IMG/VR virus record: IMGVR_UViG_3300045988_108426
Span: 1-60,573 of that record
Reading direction: 5' to 3' (one strand)
Length of the DNA stretch: 60,573 nt
Source: a virus
The translations under genes and the position numbers were made by a program. Every line of letters starts with the position of its first letter. Positions within the stretch are counted from its first letter, which is position 1. Under the pieces are notes generated by a model. The model made no database searches. It was not told the origin of the DNA and saw nothing but the letters and a program-made list of their open reading frames with translations. Shown here one piece after another: positions 1 to 7,808 of this stretch.

Positions 1-55
1 AGATATTGAGATACAATTAAAGAATTTTTAGCACATACTACACGCCATGCCGATG
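1..55. repeat. Terminal overlap copy 1 (identical to 60519-60573); molecule is circular or circularly permuted, unit length 60518 bp
   Basis: nt 1-55 agatattgag...gccatgccgatg recur exactly as the last 55 nt. The overlap runs through the last codons and the stop of the integrase ORF. Confidence 0.95.
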
Positions 56-72
56 GCAGTATGTTAGTGCTA
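29..72 (+). promoter_or_regulatory. 44-bp imperfect dyad beginning at the integrase stop codon; candidate attP core, alternatively the int terminator hairpin
   Basis: TAGCAC-ATACT-acac-GCCAT-gccg-ATGGC-AGTAT-gtta-GTGCTA: three complementary blocks (16 bp) around a GCCG centre. Confidence 0.35.
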
Positions 73-75
73 ATA

Positions 76-92
76 CCGTATTTATCGTACTT
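76..92. repeat. 17-nt motif, inverted partner of 59126-59142; the pair brackets the integrase gene
   Basis: ccgtatttatcgtactt is the reverse complement of aagtacgataaatgcgg with 1 mismatch. Confidence 0.7.
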
Positions 93-111
93 TTACAACT
101 AAATAAAATCT

Positions 112-153
112 AACTGTCGCTTTTATGTCGTAAAACTGTCGTTTTTATGTCGT
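112..153 (+). repeat. Two 20-bp direct repeats AACTGTCGYTTTTATGTCGT giving four TGTCG boxes phased every 11 bp
   Basis: 112-131 and 134-153 differ at 1 position. TGTCG starts at 115, 126, 137 and 148. Confidence 0.85.
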
Positions 154-324
154 GTTCAGCGGCTTTTTTTGTGTGAAAATAAAATTACAAAAGGAGAGTG
201 ATTGAATTGTATGACGAAGATTTAAGAGAGCGATTACTCTCACGGGAACAAATACAAAAATTAGACTTAGTAACTCAAACAATATTGTTTAGTGTTATTG
301 AGGATGTATTAGAGGAGAGAGAAC

Positions 325-846
325 ATGATAAACAATCCTTATCAACCACAGATGACTTATACTCCGGGTTATAACGCATATCCGTACAACCCGATGCAAA
401 GATTTCAGGAACAACAGTTACCGCAACAGCCAGTTCAACAAGTACCACAACAGCAGAATTTACAGATACAAGCAGGGATAAATGGCAAAATGGTGACAGC
501 AGTTGAACAAATTGCGGCTAATGATGTACCTATGGACGGCTCAGTTGCATTTTTTCCTAAACAGGATTTAACAGAAATATACGCAAAACAATGGGGTGCA
601 GACGGCTCAATAAAAACAGTCGTGTATAAGCCTTATACAGAGCCTAAAAACAGTCAAGGCATAAATAATACAGAAAATATTGAAAACTTGAAAATTGACC
701 TATCAGACGAAAGCACAGCGGTATTTATGCAGAAGTTTGATGAAATTTTTAATAAATTTGACGAGTTAGAAAACAAGATGTGCAAAAGTTCGACTGCTCA
801 AAGGAAAACTTCGACTTCAAAAAAGGAGGGCGGTGTAAATGAATAA
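325..846 (+). CDS. Hypothetical protein with Gln/Pro/Tyr-rich N-terminus
   Basis: 173-aa ORF with GGAGAGAGAA upstream of the ATG. The N-terminal ~45 aa are low-complexity (NPYQPQ...QQVPQQQN). First gene after the int/att region. Confidence 0.6.
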   Translation: MINNPYQPQMTYTPGYNAYPYNPMQRFQEQQLPQQPVQQVPQQQNLQIQAGINGKMVTAVEQIAANDVPMDGSVAFFPKQDLTEIYAKQWGADGSIKTVVYKPYTEPKNSQGINNTENIENLKIDLSDESTAVFMQKFDEIFNKFDELENKMCKSSTAQRKTSTSKKEGGVNE

Positions 847-1069
847 TCAGATTATGCAGATGTTAAATCAGATTAAAAATATAAAAAATCCAAAAGAAGC
901 CGCTATGAAAACATTAGAGCAAGCGGCAAATCAAGGAAATCCAATGGCAAAAAATATGTTGCAGAAAATAAACAGTGGCGACATGAGCGGAGCACAGCAG
1001 ATACTTGGCAATTTTATGAATGAGCAAGGATTAAATATACAGGAAATTCAAAAACAAATTCAAAAATAG
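839..1069 (+). CDS. Hypothetical small Gln/Asn-rich protein
   Basis: 76-aa ORF; its ATG overlaps the upstream gene end by 8 nt. Confidence 0.55.
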   Translation: MNNQIMQMLNQIKNIKNPKEAAMKTLEQAANQGNPMAKNMLQKINSGDMSGAQQILGNFMNEQGLNIQEIQKQIQK

Positions 1070-1145
1070 TACATATTAGGGTTTTGTCCGGACAATAAAA
1101 ACCAGTTCCCTATTTTGTAAATAAATCAAATGGAGGTAAACTAAT

Positions 1146-1931
1146 ATGTTTAACAACGGAGTTAGCCTTGCCGATATTGCGGCAGTAACAGGCAATAACA
1201 GAAACAATGACGGTATGTGGGGAGACGGTGCATGGTGGATTGTCATTCTTCTTATTTTCGGCTGGGGTGGTTTTGGTAACAACGGCTGGGGTAACGGTAA
1301 TGGAATGGGTTCTACTGCCGCCGCTTATACAGACAGTGCTATTCAGCGTGGATTTGATAATCAGGCCGTTGTTTCAAAACTTGATGGCATTTCTAACGGA
1401 CTTTGTGACGGTTTCTATGCTATGAACAACAGTATGCTCACAGGTTTTAATGGTATTAACACAAATATCATGCAGACAGGCTACGGCATCCAGCAGGCTA
1501 TTAACGCTGATACAGTTGCTAATATGCAGAATACCAACGCTTTACAGTCACAGCTCGCCAACTGCTGCTGTGAAACGAGAGAAGCTATTCAGGGTGTAAA
1601 CTACAATATGGCAACCAACACTTGTGCTTTGCAGAACACCATGAACAACAACACGAGAGACATTATTGATAGCCAGCAGGCAGGAACGAGAGCCATCCTT
1701 GATTTCCTGACTAATGACAAGATTGCAACATTACAGGCAGAGAACAATGATTTACGCAGAGCCGCTTCACAGGATAGACAGAATGCACTTCTGACTACCA
1801 CAATGGCAGCACAGACAAATCAGATAATTGACGCTGTAAGACCTACACCAGTACCATCATTCCCGGCAAGCAACCTTTACGGATATGCTTACGGATGTGG
1901 ATGTGGATGTAATACAGGTTGCGGCTGCTAA
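1146..1931 (+). CDS. Membrane-anchored Gly/Trp-rich and Cys-rich protein (YjcZ-like N-terminal segment, CCC motif, C-terminal GCGCGCNTGCGC)
   Basis: 261-aa ORF with GGAGG SD. Contains a hydrophobic WWIVILLIFGWGGFG segment followed by GNNGWGNGNG, and a Cys-Gly tail. Terminator follows at 1997-2031. Confidence 0.6.
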   Translation: MFNNGVSLADIAAVTGNNRNNDGMWGDGAWWIVILLIFGWGGFGNNGWGNGNGMGSTAAAYTDSAIQRGFDNQAVVSKLDGISNGLCDGFYAMNNSMLTGFNGINTNIMQTGYGIQQAINADTVANMQNTNALQSQLANCCCETREAIQGVNYNMATNTCALQNTMNNNTRDIIDSQQAGTRAILDFLTNDKIATLQAENNDLRRAASQDRQNALLTTTMAAQTNQIIDAVRPTPVPSFPASNLYGYAYGCGCGCNTGCGC

Positions 1932-1996
1932 ACAACTAAATAATCAAGTATCTTAATCGAAAGATTATGTCTGCTAAGCAGTATTACTTAAATTTA

Positions 1997-2031
1997 AAGG
2001 GCAGACTTATATGGTTTGCCCTTATTTTTTT
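1997..2031 (+). terminator. Rho-independent terminator
   Basis: AAGGGCA-13 nt-TGCCCTT followed by ATTTTTTT. Confidence 0.7.
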
Positions 2032-2050
2032 AGAAAGAGAGGTAAAGACA

Positions 2051-2470
2051 ATGGAAATTACAGGAATTGCATTACAAACAGTTGCCACCGGCGAAGATGT
2101 GGCATTTACAGAAACACCAGTTTGCGGTAGTAAGTGTATCGTACATAGACAGGGTAGTGGAATTGTAAAGTTAAGGGGTATTACAAATCAGCGTAAAGCA
2201 CGATTTTTAGTATCGTATAGCGGTAATATTCAGATACCTACTGGCGGTACAGTAGAAGCTATCTCACTTGCCATTGCAGTAGACGGAGAGCCTTTGCAGT
2301 CAACGCGAATGATTGTAACACCAGCCGCAGTTGAGAATTTCTTTAATGTATCAGCACAGGCATACATAGATGTACCTTGCGGTTGTTGCAGTACAGTAGC
2401 GGTGCAAAATACATCTACACAGGCTATTGAAGTTCAGAATAGTAACTTAATCGCAGTAAGGGAGGCTTGA
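2051..2470 (+). CDS. Small all-beta protein resembling the C1q/TNF-like BclA C-terminal domain
   Basis: Internal ATG at 2051 with AGAGAGGTAAAG SD. The sequence pattern (FLVSYSGNI, ISLAIAVDGEPL, VAVQNTS) recalls the BclA-CTD jelly-roll. The family call is by eye only. Confidence 0.45.
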   Translation: MEITGIALQTVATGEDVAFTETPVCGSKCIVHRQGSGIVKLRGITNQRKARFLVSYSGNIQIPTGGTVEAISLAIAVDGEPLQSTRMIVTPAAVENFFNVSAQAYIDVPCGCCSTVAVQNTSTQAIEVQNSNLIAVREA

Positions 2471-2474
2471 TATT

Positions 2475-3128
2475 ATGCACAAATGGGCTAAACAGATTAT
2501 GGAATGTGTCAAGGCAAAAGTTGACGGAATTGGAATTGACAATTTTGAGGGGCAGAACCTTGACGATTTAAAGGATTTTACAGAAATAGCGAAGAATATA
2601 GCTTGCTTTGACAAGGATTACAGAATTGTTGAAGCTATGGAAAAGTCAGAAGATAATGAGGATATTATGCGTATGCTTGAACAGTACGAAGATTATCCGG
2701 ACAGAAGATACTATGACGCTTACCGCTATGCAAACGGCAGATTCGCCCCTAAAGGTCGTGGAACACGCAGAGGATATGAAGAACCGCCATATTATCATAT
2801 GTACCCAGAAGCAGAGCATATGAGGGACATGGATAGGGATGATAGAGGAAAGATGTATTACAGCGAACCTGCAAGCAATGTGAGTGGTAGCAATAATATG
2901 TCAAGAAACTACTCTGAAAGCAACTATGACAGGGCAAAGCGTAACTATACAGAAACAAAAGAGTTACACAAAGGGAACACTCAGGAAGATAAAGAGCATA
3001 AGATGAAATCCCTTGACGGCTATATGAAAGAGTTGTCAACAGACATCACGCACTTGCTCGGCGACATGACCGCAGAGGAAAAAAATCTTTTAAGAACAAA
3101 ACTTAGTACACTTGTTTCTAAGATTTGA
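2475..3128 (+). CDS. Hypothetical Tyr/Arg/Asp/Met-rich protein
   Basis: 217-aa ORF starting 5 nt after the upstream stop; central low-complexity segment YYDAYRYANGRFAPKGRGTRRGYEEPPYYHMYPEAEHMRDMDRDD. Confidence 0.6.
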   Translation: MHKWAKQIMECVKAKVDGIGIDNFEGQNLDDLKDFTEIAKNIACFDKDYRIVEAMEKSEDNEDIMRMLEQYEDYPDRRYYDAYRYANGRFAPKGRGTRRGYEEPPYYHMYPEAEHMRDMDRDDRGKMYYSEPASNVSGSNNMSRNYSESNYDRAKRNYTETKELHKGNTQEDKEHKMKSLDGYMKELSTDITHLLGDMTAEEKNLLRTKLSTLVSKI

Positions 3129-3343
3129 GAATAATATTTTTCGACAATCTAGGGCTATAGATAGCAATATCTGTAGCCTGTTTTGAACTTTGAAAACTTT
3201 ATATTGTTAATGATTTTTAAATAAAGACAATCTTTGTATGCAGTTTATAGGCTAGAGTTGATACATTCCATGAAAAATGTACATAAATTTATGATACACA
3301 CATGGATAGAATAACAAAAAATATCAACTGGAGGAATGATACT

Positions 3344-3997
3344 ATGTTAGTAGAAACAAGAAAATTAAGCAAAAAAGAGGTAACTGTAGTAACAAGCCTT
3401 GATGTAGCGAAAACTTTTGAAAAGGAACATTACCATGTCATAGAGGAAATAAGAGCTATACGGGAGAAAATTAGTAGCACCGAATTTTCGGGGCTATTCT
3501 ATGAAAGTGATTATGTTGCATCAAACGGCAAGAAAAATCCAATGTATCTTATGAACCGAGATAACTTTACACTTTTAGTAATGGGCTATACAGGAGAAAA
3601 GGCTATGAAATTTAAGTTAGCCTACATCAATCAATTTAATGAGATGGAAGAACTTCTTAAAGGCAAGTTGATAGAAAGAGAAAAAGGCATTGCGGTTAGG
3701 CAATCACTTACAAAAGCAATTCAAATGTCGAAAGAAAACGAGCGTATGCACGGACACGCATATTCTGTTTATACTGACATTGTATATAGGGCTGTATTTT
3801 GCAAGACAGCAAAGCAGTTAAGAGAAGAATATGGAATTGATAAAAAGGCTAATTTGCGTGATTATTTCACAGTAGAGGAACTTGCAAAAGTCCAGTCCAT
3901 AGAAATGATAGTAAGCGGTCTTGTTAATTATGGATGGGGATATAATGAAATCAAACATTTTATTACTTCATCAACTTTAAAATTAACAGCGGCATAA
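3344..3997 (+). CDS. Phage regulatory protein, Rha family (copy 1)
   Basis: N-terminal motif VTSLDVAKTFEKEHYHVIEEI ... NRDNFTLLVMGYTGEKAMKFKLAYINQFNEME is typical of Phage_pRha. GGAGGA lies 8 nt before the ATG at 3344. Confidence 0.8.
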   Translation: MLVETRKLSKKEVTVVTSLDVAKTFEKEHYHVIEEIRAIREKISSTEFSGLFYESDYVASNGKKNPMYLMNRDNFTLLVMGYTGEKAMKFKLAYINQFNEMEELLKGKLIEREKGIAVRQSLTKAIQMSKENERMHGHAYSVYTDIVYRAVFCKTAKQLREEYGIDKKANLRDYFTVEELAKVQSIEMIVSGLVNYGWGYNEIKHFITSSTLKLTAA

Positions 3998-4067
3998 AAA
4001 TATTTTCTACCATTCACGAAGTCATTAACAATATAAGTTAGTGGCTTCTTTTTTGTGAGGTGATTTT

Positions 4068-4388
4068 ATGTTTATAATAAACAATATAATGTGGCAAATT
4101 GTATTTGTACCAAGCGGCAGTAATAAACTTATGCGTTCTGACGGTTCTATTAGCCTTGCTGTGACCGATTTTAACGACAAGACAGTATATGTATCAGATA
4201 ATGTAAAAAACGGCTATTTACGCAAAATAATAGCTCACGAACTATGTCATTGTTTTTGCTTTAGCTATAACATATATATGCCTATTCAGCAAGAGGAATA
4301 TTTAGCAGACTGGATAAGCCTGTATGGGGCAGATTTGATATATTTACTTGACGATTTGATGATTACTTTAACAAGGAGTGTGGCATGA
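4068..4388 (+). CDS. Small HExxH zinc-metallopeptidase-like protein (ImmA/SprT-like)
   Basis: 106 aa with IAHELCHCF (HExxH); GAGGTGA SD. Confidence 0.45.
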   Translation: MFIINNIMWQIVFVPSGSNKLMRSDGSISLAVTDFNDKTVYVSDNVKNGYLRKIIAHELCHCFCFSYNIYMPIQQEEYLADWISLYGADLIYLLDDLMITLTRSVA

Positions 4389-4555
4389 TGGACAATTTAT
4401 TAAAGCAGATTCAAAAGACAAATCCTGATATGACAGTCGAAAAACTTATCTCTGAGATACAATATAATGACTATTTGACAGTGGCACTTATTATAAGCAA
4501 AGGAGTTGTAGAAAATGCAGAAAAATGTTACAATAGCAAACAAAAAAGGAGTTGA
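4385..4555 (+). CDS. Hypothetical small protein
   Basis: 56-aa ORF below the track cutoff. ATGATG overlaps the upstream TGA (coupled). Fills an otherwise empty 170-nt gap. Confidence 0.45.
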   Translation: MMDNLLKQIQKTNPDMTVEKLISEIQYNDYLTVALIISKGVVENAEKCYNSKQKRS

Positions 4556-4561
4556 AAGATT

Positions 4562-4819
4562 ATGGCAGTAAAAAATGCTGATGGTGTACCTATTTCTTTT
4601 GAGTGCACGGATTTAATTAGAGAACTTGAAAGAGATATACAAGAGCTTGGTGAAGACAAGTTAATGGACGCAATAGTTGTGCATCAATGTGGGGTAGAGA
4701 TTTACAAAGATTATGACTTTTATCCGCTAGAGATGGAATTAAAAAAAGGTGAGCGAACAATAACAATGACTGCATCCGCATTGTTGGAAGTATTTAAAAA
4801 ACAAAATTCAATATTGTAA
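4562..4819 (+). CDS. Hypothetical protein
   Basis: 85-aa ORF with AAAGGAG SD. Confidence 0.55.
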   Translation: MAVKNADGVPISFECTDLIRELERDIQELGEDKLMDAIVVHQCGVEIYKDYDFYPLEMELKKGERTITMTASALLEVFKKQNSIL

Positions 4820-4837
4820 TTTCTGAAAAGGTGAATT

Positions 4838-5482
4838 ATGAAAAATATAGATGATATGATTGGAAAAAAATTCGGAAAGTGGAGCGTTATATCTCTTTCT
4901 GACAAAAAAGACGCAAGTAACAACAGATATTATAATTGTAGATGTGAATGTGGAAATACAGGTGTTGTGGCAGGTCATAAGTTACGCAGCGGGAGAAGCA
5001 AATCTTGCGGTTGTAATAGAACTCTTGATATGACAGGCGAGAGGATAGGAAGTTTAACTTTTATAAAACCGGTAGGAAAAACAGAACAAGGACGATATAT
5101 TTGGGAATGTCAATGTGATTGCGGAAATATTGTAAATAAAACAATACAAGCTGCTAAGCATAGCAGGTCTTGCGGCTGTAAAAGGATAAGAGCAGCAAAA
5201 AAAAGTATGCAGGAAAATTCCCGAAAACTGATAAGAACAGACAATACATGTTTGAACAGCTTAACTCAAAAAAAATCTAAAAACAATACTTCCGGTGTCA
5301 AGGGTGTTAGTTGGGATTCAAGTAGAGGGAAATGGCGAGCACAAATAACATTTAAAAGAAAAAATTACGGTTTAGGGAGCTACTCAACTAAAGAAGAAGC
5401 GATACGAGCACGAAAAGAAGCAGAAGAAAAATTGTTTAAACCAATTTTAGAAAAATATAATTATGAAAAGAAAGACGAGTAG
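4838..5482 (+). CDS. AP2-domain DNA-binding protein with N-terminal Cys-repeat modules
   Basis: C-terminal SGVKGVSWDSSRGKWRAQITFKRKNYGLGSYSTKEEAIRARKEAE matches the AP2/ERF-like fold signature. The N-terminus carries repeated CxCxCGN...SCGC modules. Confidence 0.7.
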   Translation: MKNIDDMIGKKFGKWSVISLSDKKDASNNRYYNCRCECGNTGVVAGHKLRSGRSKSCGCNRTLDMTGERIGSLTFIKPVGKTEQGRYIWECQCDCGNIVNKTIQAAKHSRSCGCKRIRAAKKSMQENSRKLIRTDNTCLNSLTQKKSKNNTSGVKGVSWDSSRGKWRAQITFKRKNYGLGSYSTKEEAIRARKEAEEKLFKPILEKYNYEKKDE

Positions 5483-5525
5483 CGTGTTAGAATAAGTGCT
5501 TAGAAAATATATCAAATAAATCATA

Positions 5526-5554
5526 TTGCAATCTTGTGAAAAGTTTGATATAAT
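5526..5554 (+). promoter_or_regulatory. Sigma-A type promoter TTGCAA-17-TATAAT with TGn extension
   Basis: TTGCAA at 5526-5531, TATAAT at 5549-5554, TG at 5546-5547. A 7-bp hairpin sits at 5586-5608 in the leader. Confidence 0.6.
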
Positions 5555-5661
5555 ATACTTTATAAAGTAACATTTATTTTAATGTATTGTTTATTTCGCA
5601 CAATACACAAATGACAGTATGTGAGTGTGGATGTACAAATTGCCGAAAGTGAGGTGATGGC

Positions 5662-6327
5662 ATGAGCAGTCCCGAAAATGATTTTATAATTGTAAATACG
5701 AAAGAAGATGTACTGCGTGAAAGATACATTGCAGGAGCAGAGTTAGTCGGGAAATATGGTTTCCCAAAGCTACAATCAATTCGTGCAAATTTAGAAGATG
5801 TTGAGCCGGTACCGTTTAATCTTGCAAGTAAAGAAAAGCATCCGAAAAATTGTGTTTGTCATTTCTTTATAGATGATGTACGCTTTGAGCGGCTTTGGAA
5901 CAATCCCAGCAAATACATGGGGATATTAAAAAATTTCAAATATGTATGTGGTCCTGATTTCACATTTTACGATGATATGCCGTTAGCTTTGCAAATTTGG
6001 CAAGTATATAGAAGTCGGGCATTAAGCTATTGTTTAAGTCGAGCTGGTTTAAAGATTATCCCGACTGTAGGCTGGGGAAGTGAAGAAACGTATGACTATT
6101 GCTTTGATGGTTTACCGCCACACTCCACGCTTGCGGTATCGACAAACGGATGTTTTTCTGAGGATGGGAAAGAATGTTACAGAAAAGGTTTCAAAGAAAT
6201 GTGTAGGAGATTAGAACCGAAGCAAGTTGTTGTTTTCGGTTCTCAAATTGATGTTGATATAGATGTAGACATTGTTTATAAGTCAAGCTACTGGCAACAA
6301 ATGAGTGAACGACTAAAAAAGAGGTGA
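5662..6327 (+). CDS. DUF4417-family protein
   Basis: HFFIDDVRFERLWNNP ... GPDFTFYDDMP ... YRSRALSYCL...IIPTVGWG ... AVSTNG matches the DUF4417 signature as remembered. Confidence 0.65.
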   Translation: MSSPENDFIIVNTKEDVLRERYIAGAELVGKYGFPKLQSIRANLEDVEPVPFNLASKEKHPKNCVCHFFIDDVRFERLWNNPSKYMGILKNFKYVCGPDFTFYDDMPLALQIWQVYRSRALSYCLSRAGLKIIPTVGWGSEETYDYCFDGLPPHSTLAVSTNGCFSEDGKECYRKGFKEMCRRLEPKQVVVFGSQIDVDIDVDIVYKSSYWQQMSERLKKR

Positions 6328-6331
6328 TTTT

Positions 6332-6478
6332 TTGGGTAGCAGGAGCGGAAACAAAAAAGGCGGATATATTTATACGCCTGGCTTAAAAAAGATTGTATAT
6401 ACAGAAAATAGAGGCGGCATCAAGATTATAAAAACTCGTTATAAATTCTTAAAACAACGACGCTCAAAGAACAAATAG
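6332..6478 (+). CDS. Possible small basic protein (TTG start)
   Basis: 48-aa ORF; GAGGTGA lies 5 nt before the TTG. Lys/Arg-rich. Not in the track (under 60 aa). Confidence 0.3.
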   Translation: MGSRSGNKKGGYIYTPGLKKIVYTENRGGIKIIKTRYKFLKQRRSKNK

Positions 6479-6580
6479 CAACTATACAACGGTTATTATA
6501 TACATAAATAGAAAAAACAAGGCTAACAAGAAGAACGGCTGTATAAGGCTGTATCAAAGAGATAAGCAGACACGAAAAAA

Positions 6581-6603
6581 GAGACTGTAAAAAGTCTCTT
6601 TTT
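6581..6603. terminator. Bidirectional rho-independent terminator between convergent genes
   Basis: AAAAAA-GAGACT-gtaaaa-AGTCTC-TTTTT. Confidence 0.75.
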
Positions 6604-6625
6604 GCAAGTTAAGTTAAAATGTTTT

Positions 6626-7156
6626 TTATATTTTCTTATATTTTACTCCTTTTTTTGACAGTATCTTTTTTCTCAAATCAAAAAACTGTGCTTTTGTTTC
6701 TCTTACCCATTCATTGTGTTTTAAAATTTCGTTTTCTGTATAAAATTCGGATGCTTCGCCCTTGAGATTCCATTCCATAAAACAATCGTTCATATATTCA
6801 TCCTTTTCAAATTCTTTGATTTCTTCAGGAAAATAAGGATAAAATGTATTATTTATACTTTTGATTTCTTCCAAAATAAATTTAGAAAAATCTAAAACAT
6901 TATCATTTCCGTACGCTTTTGCGTAATATATTAAATTGTCTAATTTTTTAAAGCTAAAATTCGGATTAGTGGATAAACCATGGGCTCCAATTTTTAACAA
7001 CGGCTCCGCAATAAAGATTGTGCAGCCATTTACTTTGATATATGGCACATTTTGATTATATTCATATTTTCCAAAATTTACCTCATATCCTTTACTTTCT
7101 GCATATTTAATCATATCCAATTTACTTTTTCTTGCGTTGCTTTTCATAACAGCCAC
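6626..7156 (-). CDS. Hypothetical protein (last gene of the leftward operon)
   Basis: 176-aa ORF with AAAGGTGG SD on the minus strand. No recognisable motif. Confidence 0.6.
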   Translation of the reverse strand: MAVMKSNARKSKLDMIKYAESKGYEVNFGKYEYNQNVPYIKVNGCTIFIAEPLLKIGAHGLSTNPNFSFKKLDNLIYYAKAYGNDNVLDFSKFILEEIKSINNTFYPYFPEEIKEFEKDEYMNDCFMEWNLKGEASEFYTENEILKHNEWVRETKAQFFDLRKKILSKKGVKYKKI

Positions 7157-7211
7157 CTTTTAACCTTTCTTTTATTTTTATAATTATATCTTTTTTAGTG
7201 ATATTTTTCAA

Positions 7212-7382
7212 TCACCAAAAAATTATATTTTCTTTTTTATCTACATTGTAATGCCACCATTTGCCTGACTGATACATTATACAAGTGTTACCGTTTTCGT
7301 CAATCCATGTTTTTTTGATTTCACCGTGTTCCCAGTCGTCGAACTGGGAGCGATGGAAGTTGTAAAAATACTTTGGTGTCAT
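7212..7382 (-). CDS. Hypothetical small Trp-rich protein
   Basis: 56-aa ORF (MTPKYFYNFHRSQFDDWEHGEIKKTWIDENG...), GGGGGTGA SD, below the track cutoff. Confidence 0.5.
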   Translation of the reverse strand: MTPKYFYNFHRSQFDDWEHGEIKKTWIDENGNTCIMYQSGKWWHYNVDKKENIIFW

Positions 7383-7432
7383 AAAATCACCCCCTATGTT
7401 AAGTTATTACCTTTTGCTTTATTTTTATTCAA

Positions 7433-7488
7433 AGCAAGCCGGGGAATCGAACCCCAGAAACGCCGACCTTGCTAATTATTTGCTTGCT
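7433..7488 (-). ncRNA. tRNA-like acceptor/T-arm minihelix lacking D and anticodon arms
   Basis: Minus strand reads AGCAAGC-25 nt-TGGGG-TTCGATT-CCCCG-GCTTGCT: a 7-bp acceptor-like stem flanking a 25-nt spacer plus a canonical 5-bp T stem with a 7-nt T loop. The 5' arm overlaps the last codons of 7476-7808. Confidence 0.55.
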
Positions 7489-7808
7489 AAAATTTCCCTT
7501 GCTAACAAAACCCAATAAAGATCATCGCCGCGCTTATCAAGCCACTTTTCGGCTTCTTCTGTGCTTTCGTCTAACCATTCAGCCATAAGCTGAATAATGT
7601 CATAATAGCTATAATCAACGCCAACACTTAAACCTCTCAGCCATTCTATGCAGGCGTTACGCTCTCCAAGCCTTGTAATCGCCCAATCGTATTCATTTAT
7701 AAATTTGTCCTTGATGTCCTTGATTGTACAAAGGTCTTCACTCTGTGCAACCTCTGTTAAATAATTTCTAACTGCTGCTTTAACTTCTTTGCTGTTTGTT
7801 CTTCTCAT
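7476..7808 (-). CDS. Hypothetical protein (first gene of the leftward operon)
   Basis: 110-aa ORF, acidic, Trp-containing helical pattern; family not recognised. Confidence 0.6.
   Translation of the reverse strand: MRRTNSKEVKAAVRNYLTEVAQSEDLCTIKDIKDKFINEYDWAITRLGERNACIEWLRGLSVGVDYSYYDIIQLMAEWLDESTEEAEKWLDKRGDDLYWVLLAREILASK

Noticed and set aside
207-374. Possible TTG-initiated about 55-aa ORF (LYDEDLRERLLSREQIQKL...) upstream of and overlapping 325-846, considered as an excisionase/RDF
   Set aside because: It has a non-ATG start, overlaps the next gene in another frame for 50 nt, and has no recognisable HTH or Xis motif. The evidence is too weak to annotate.
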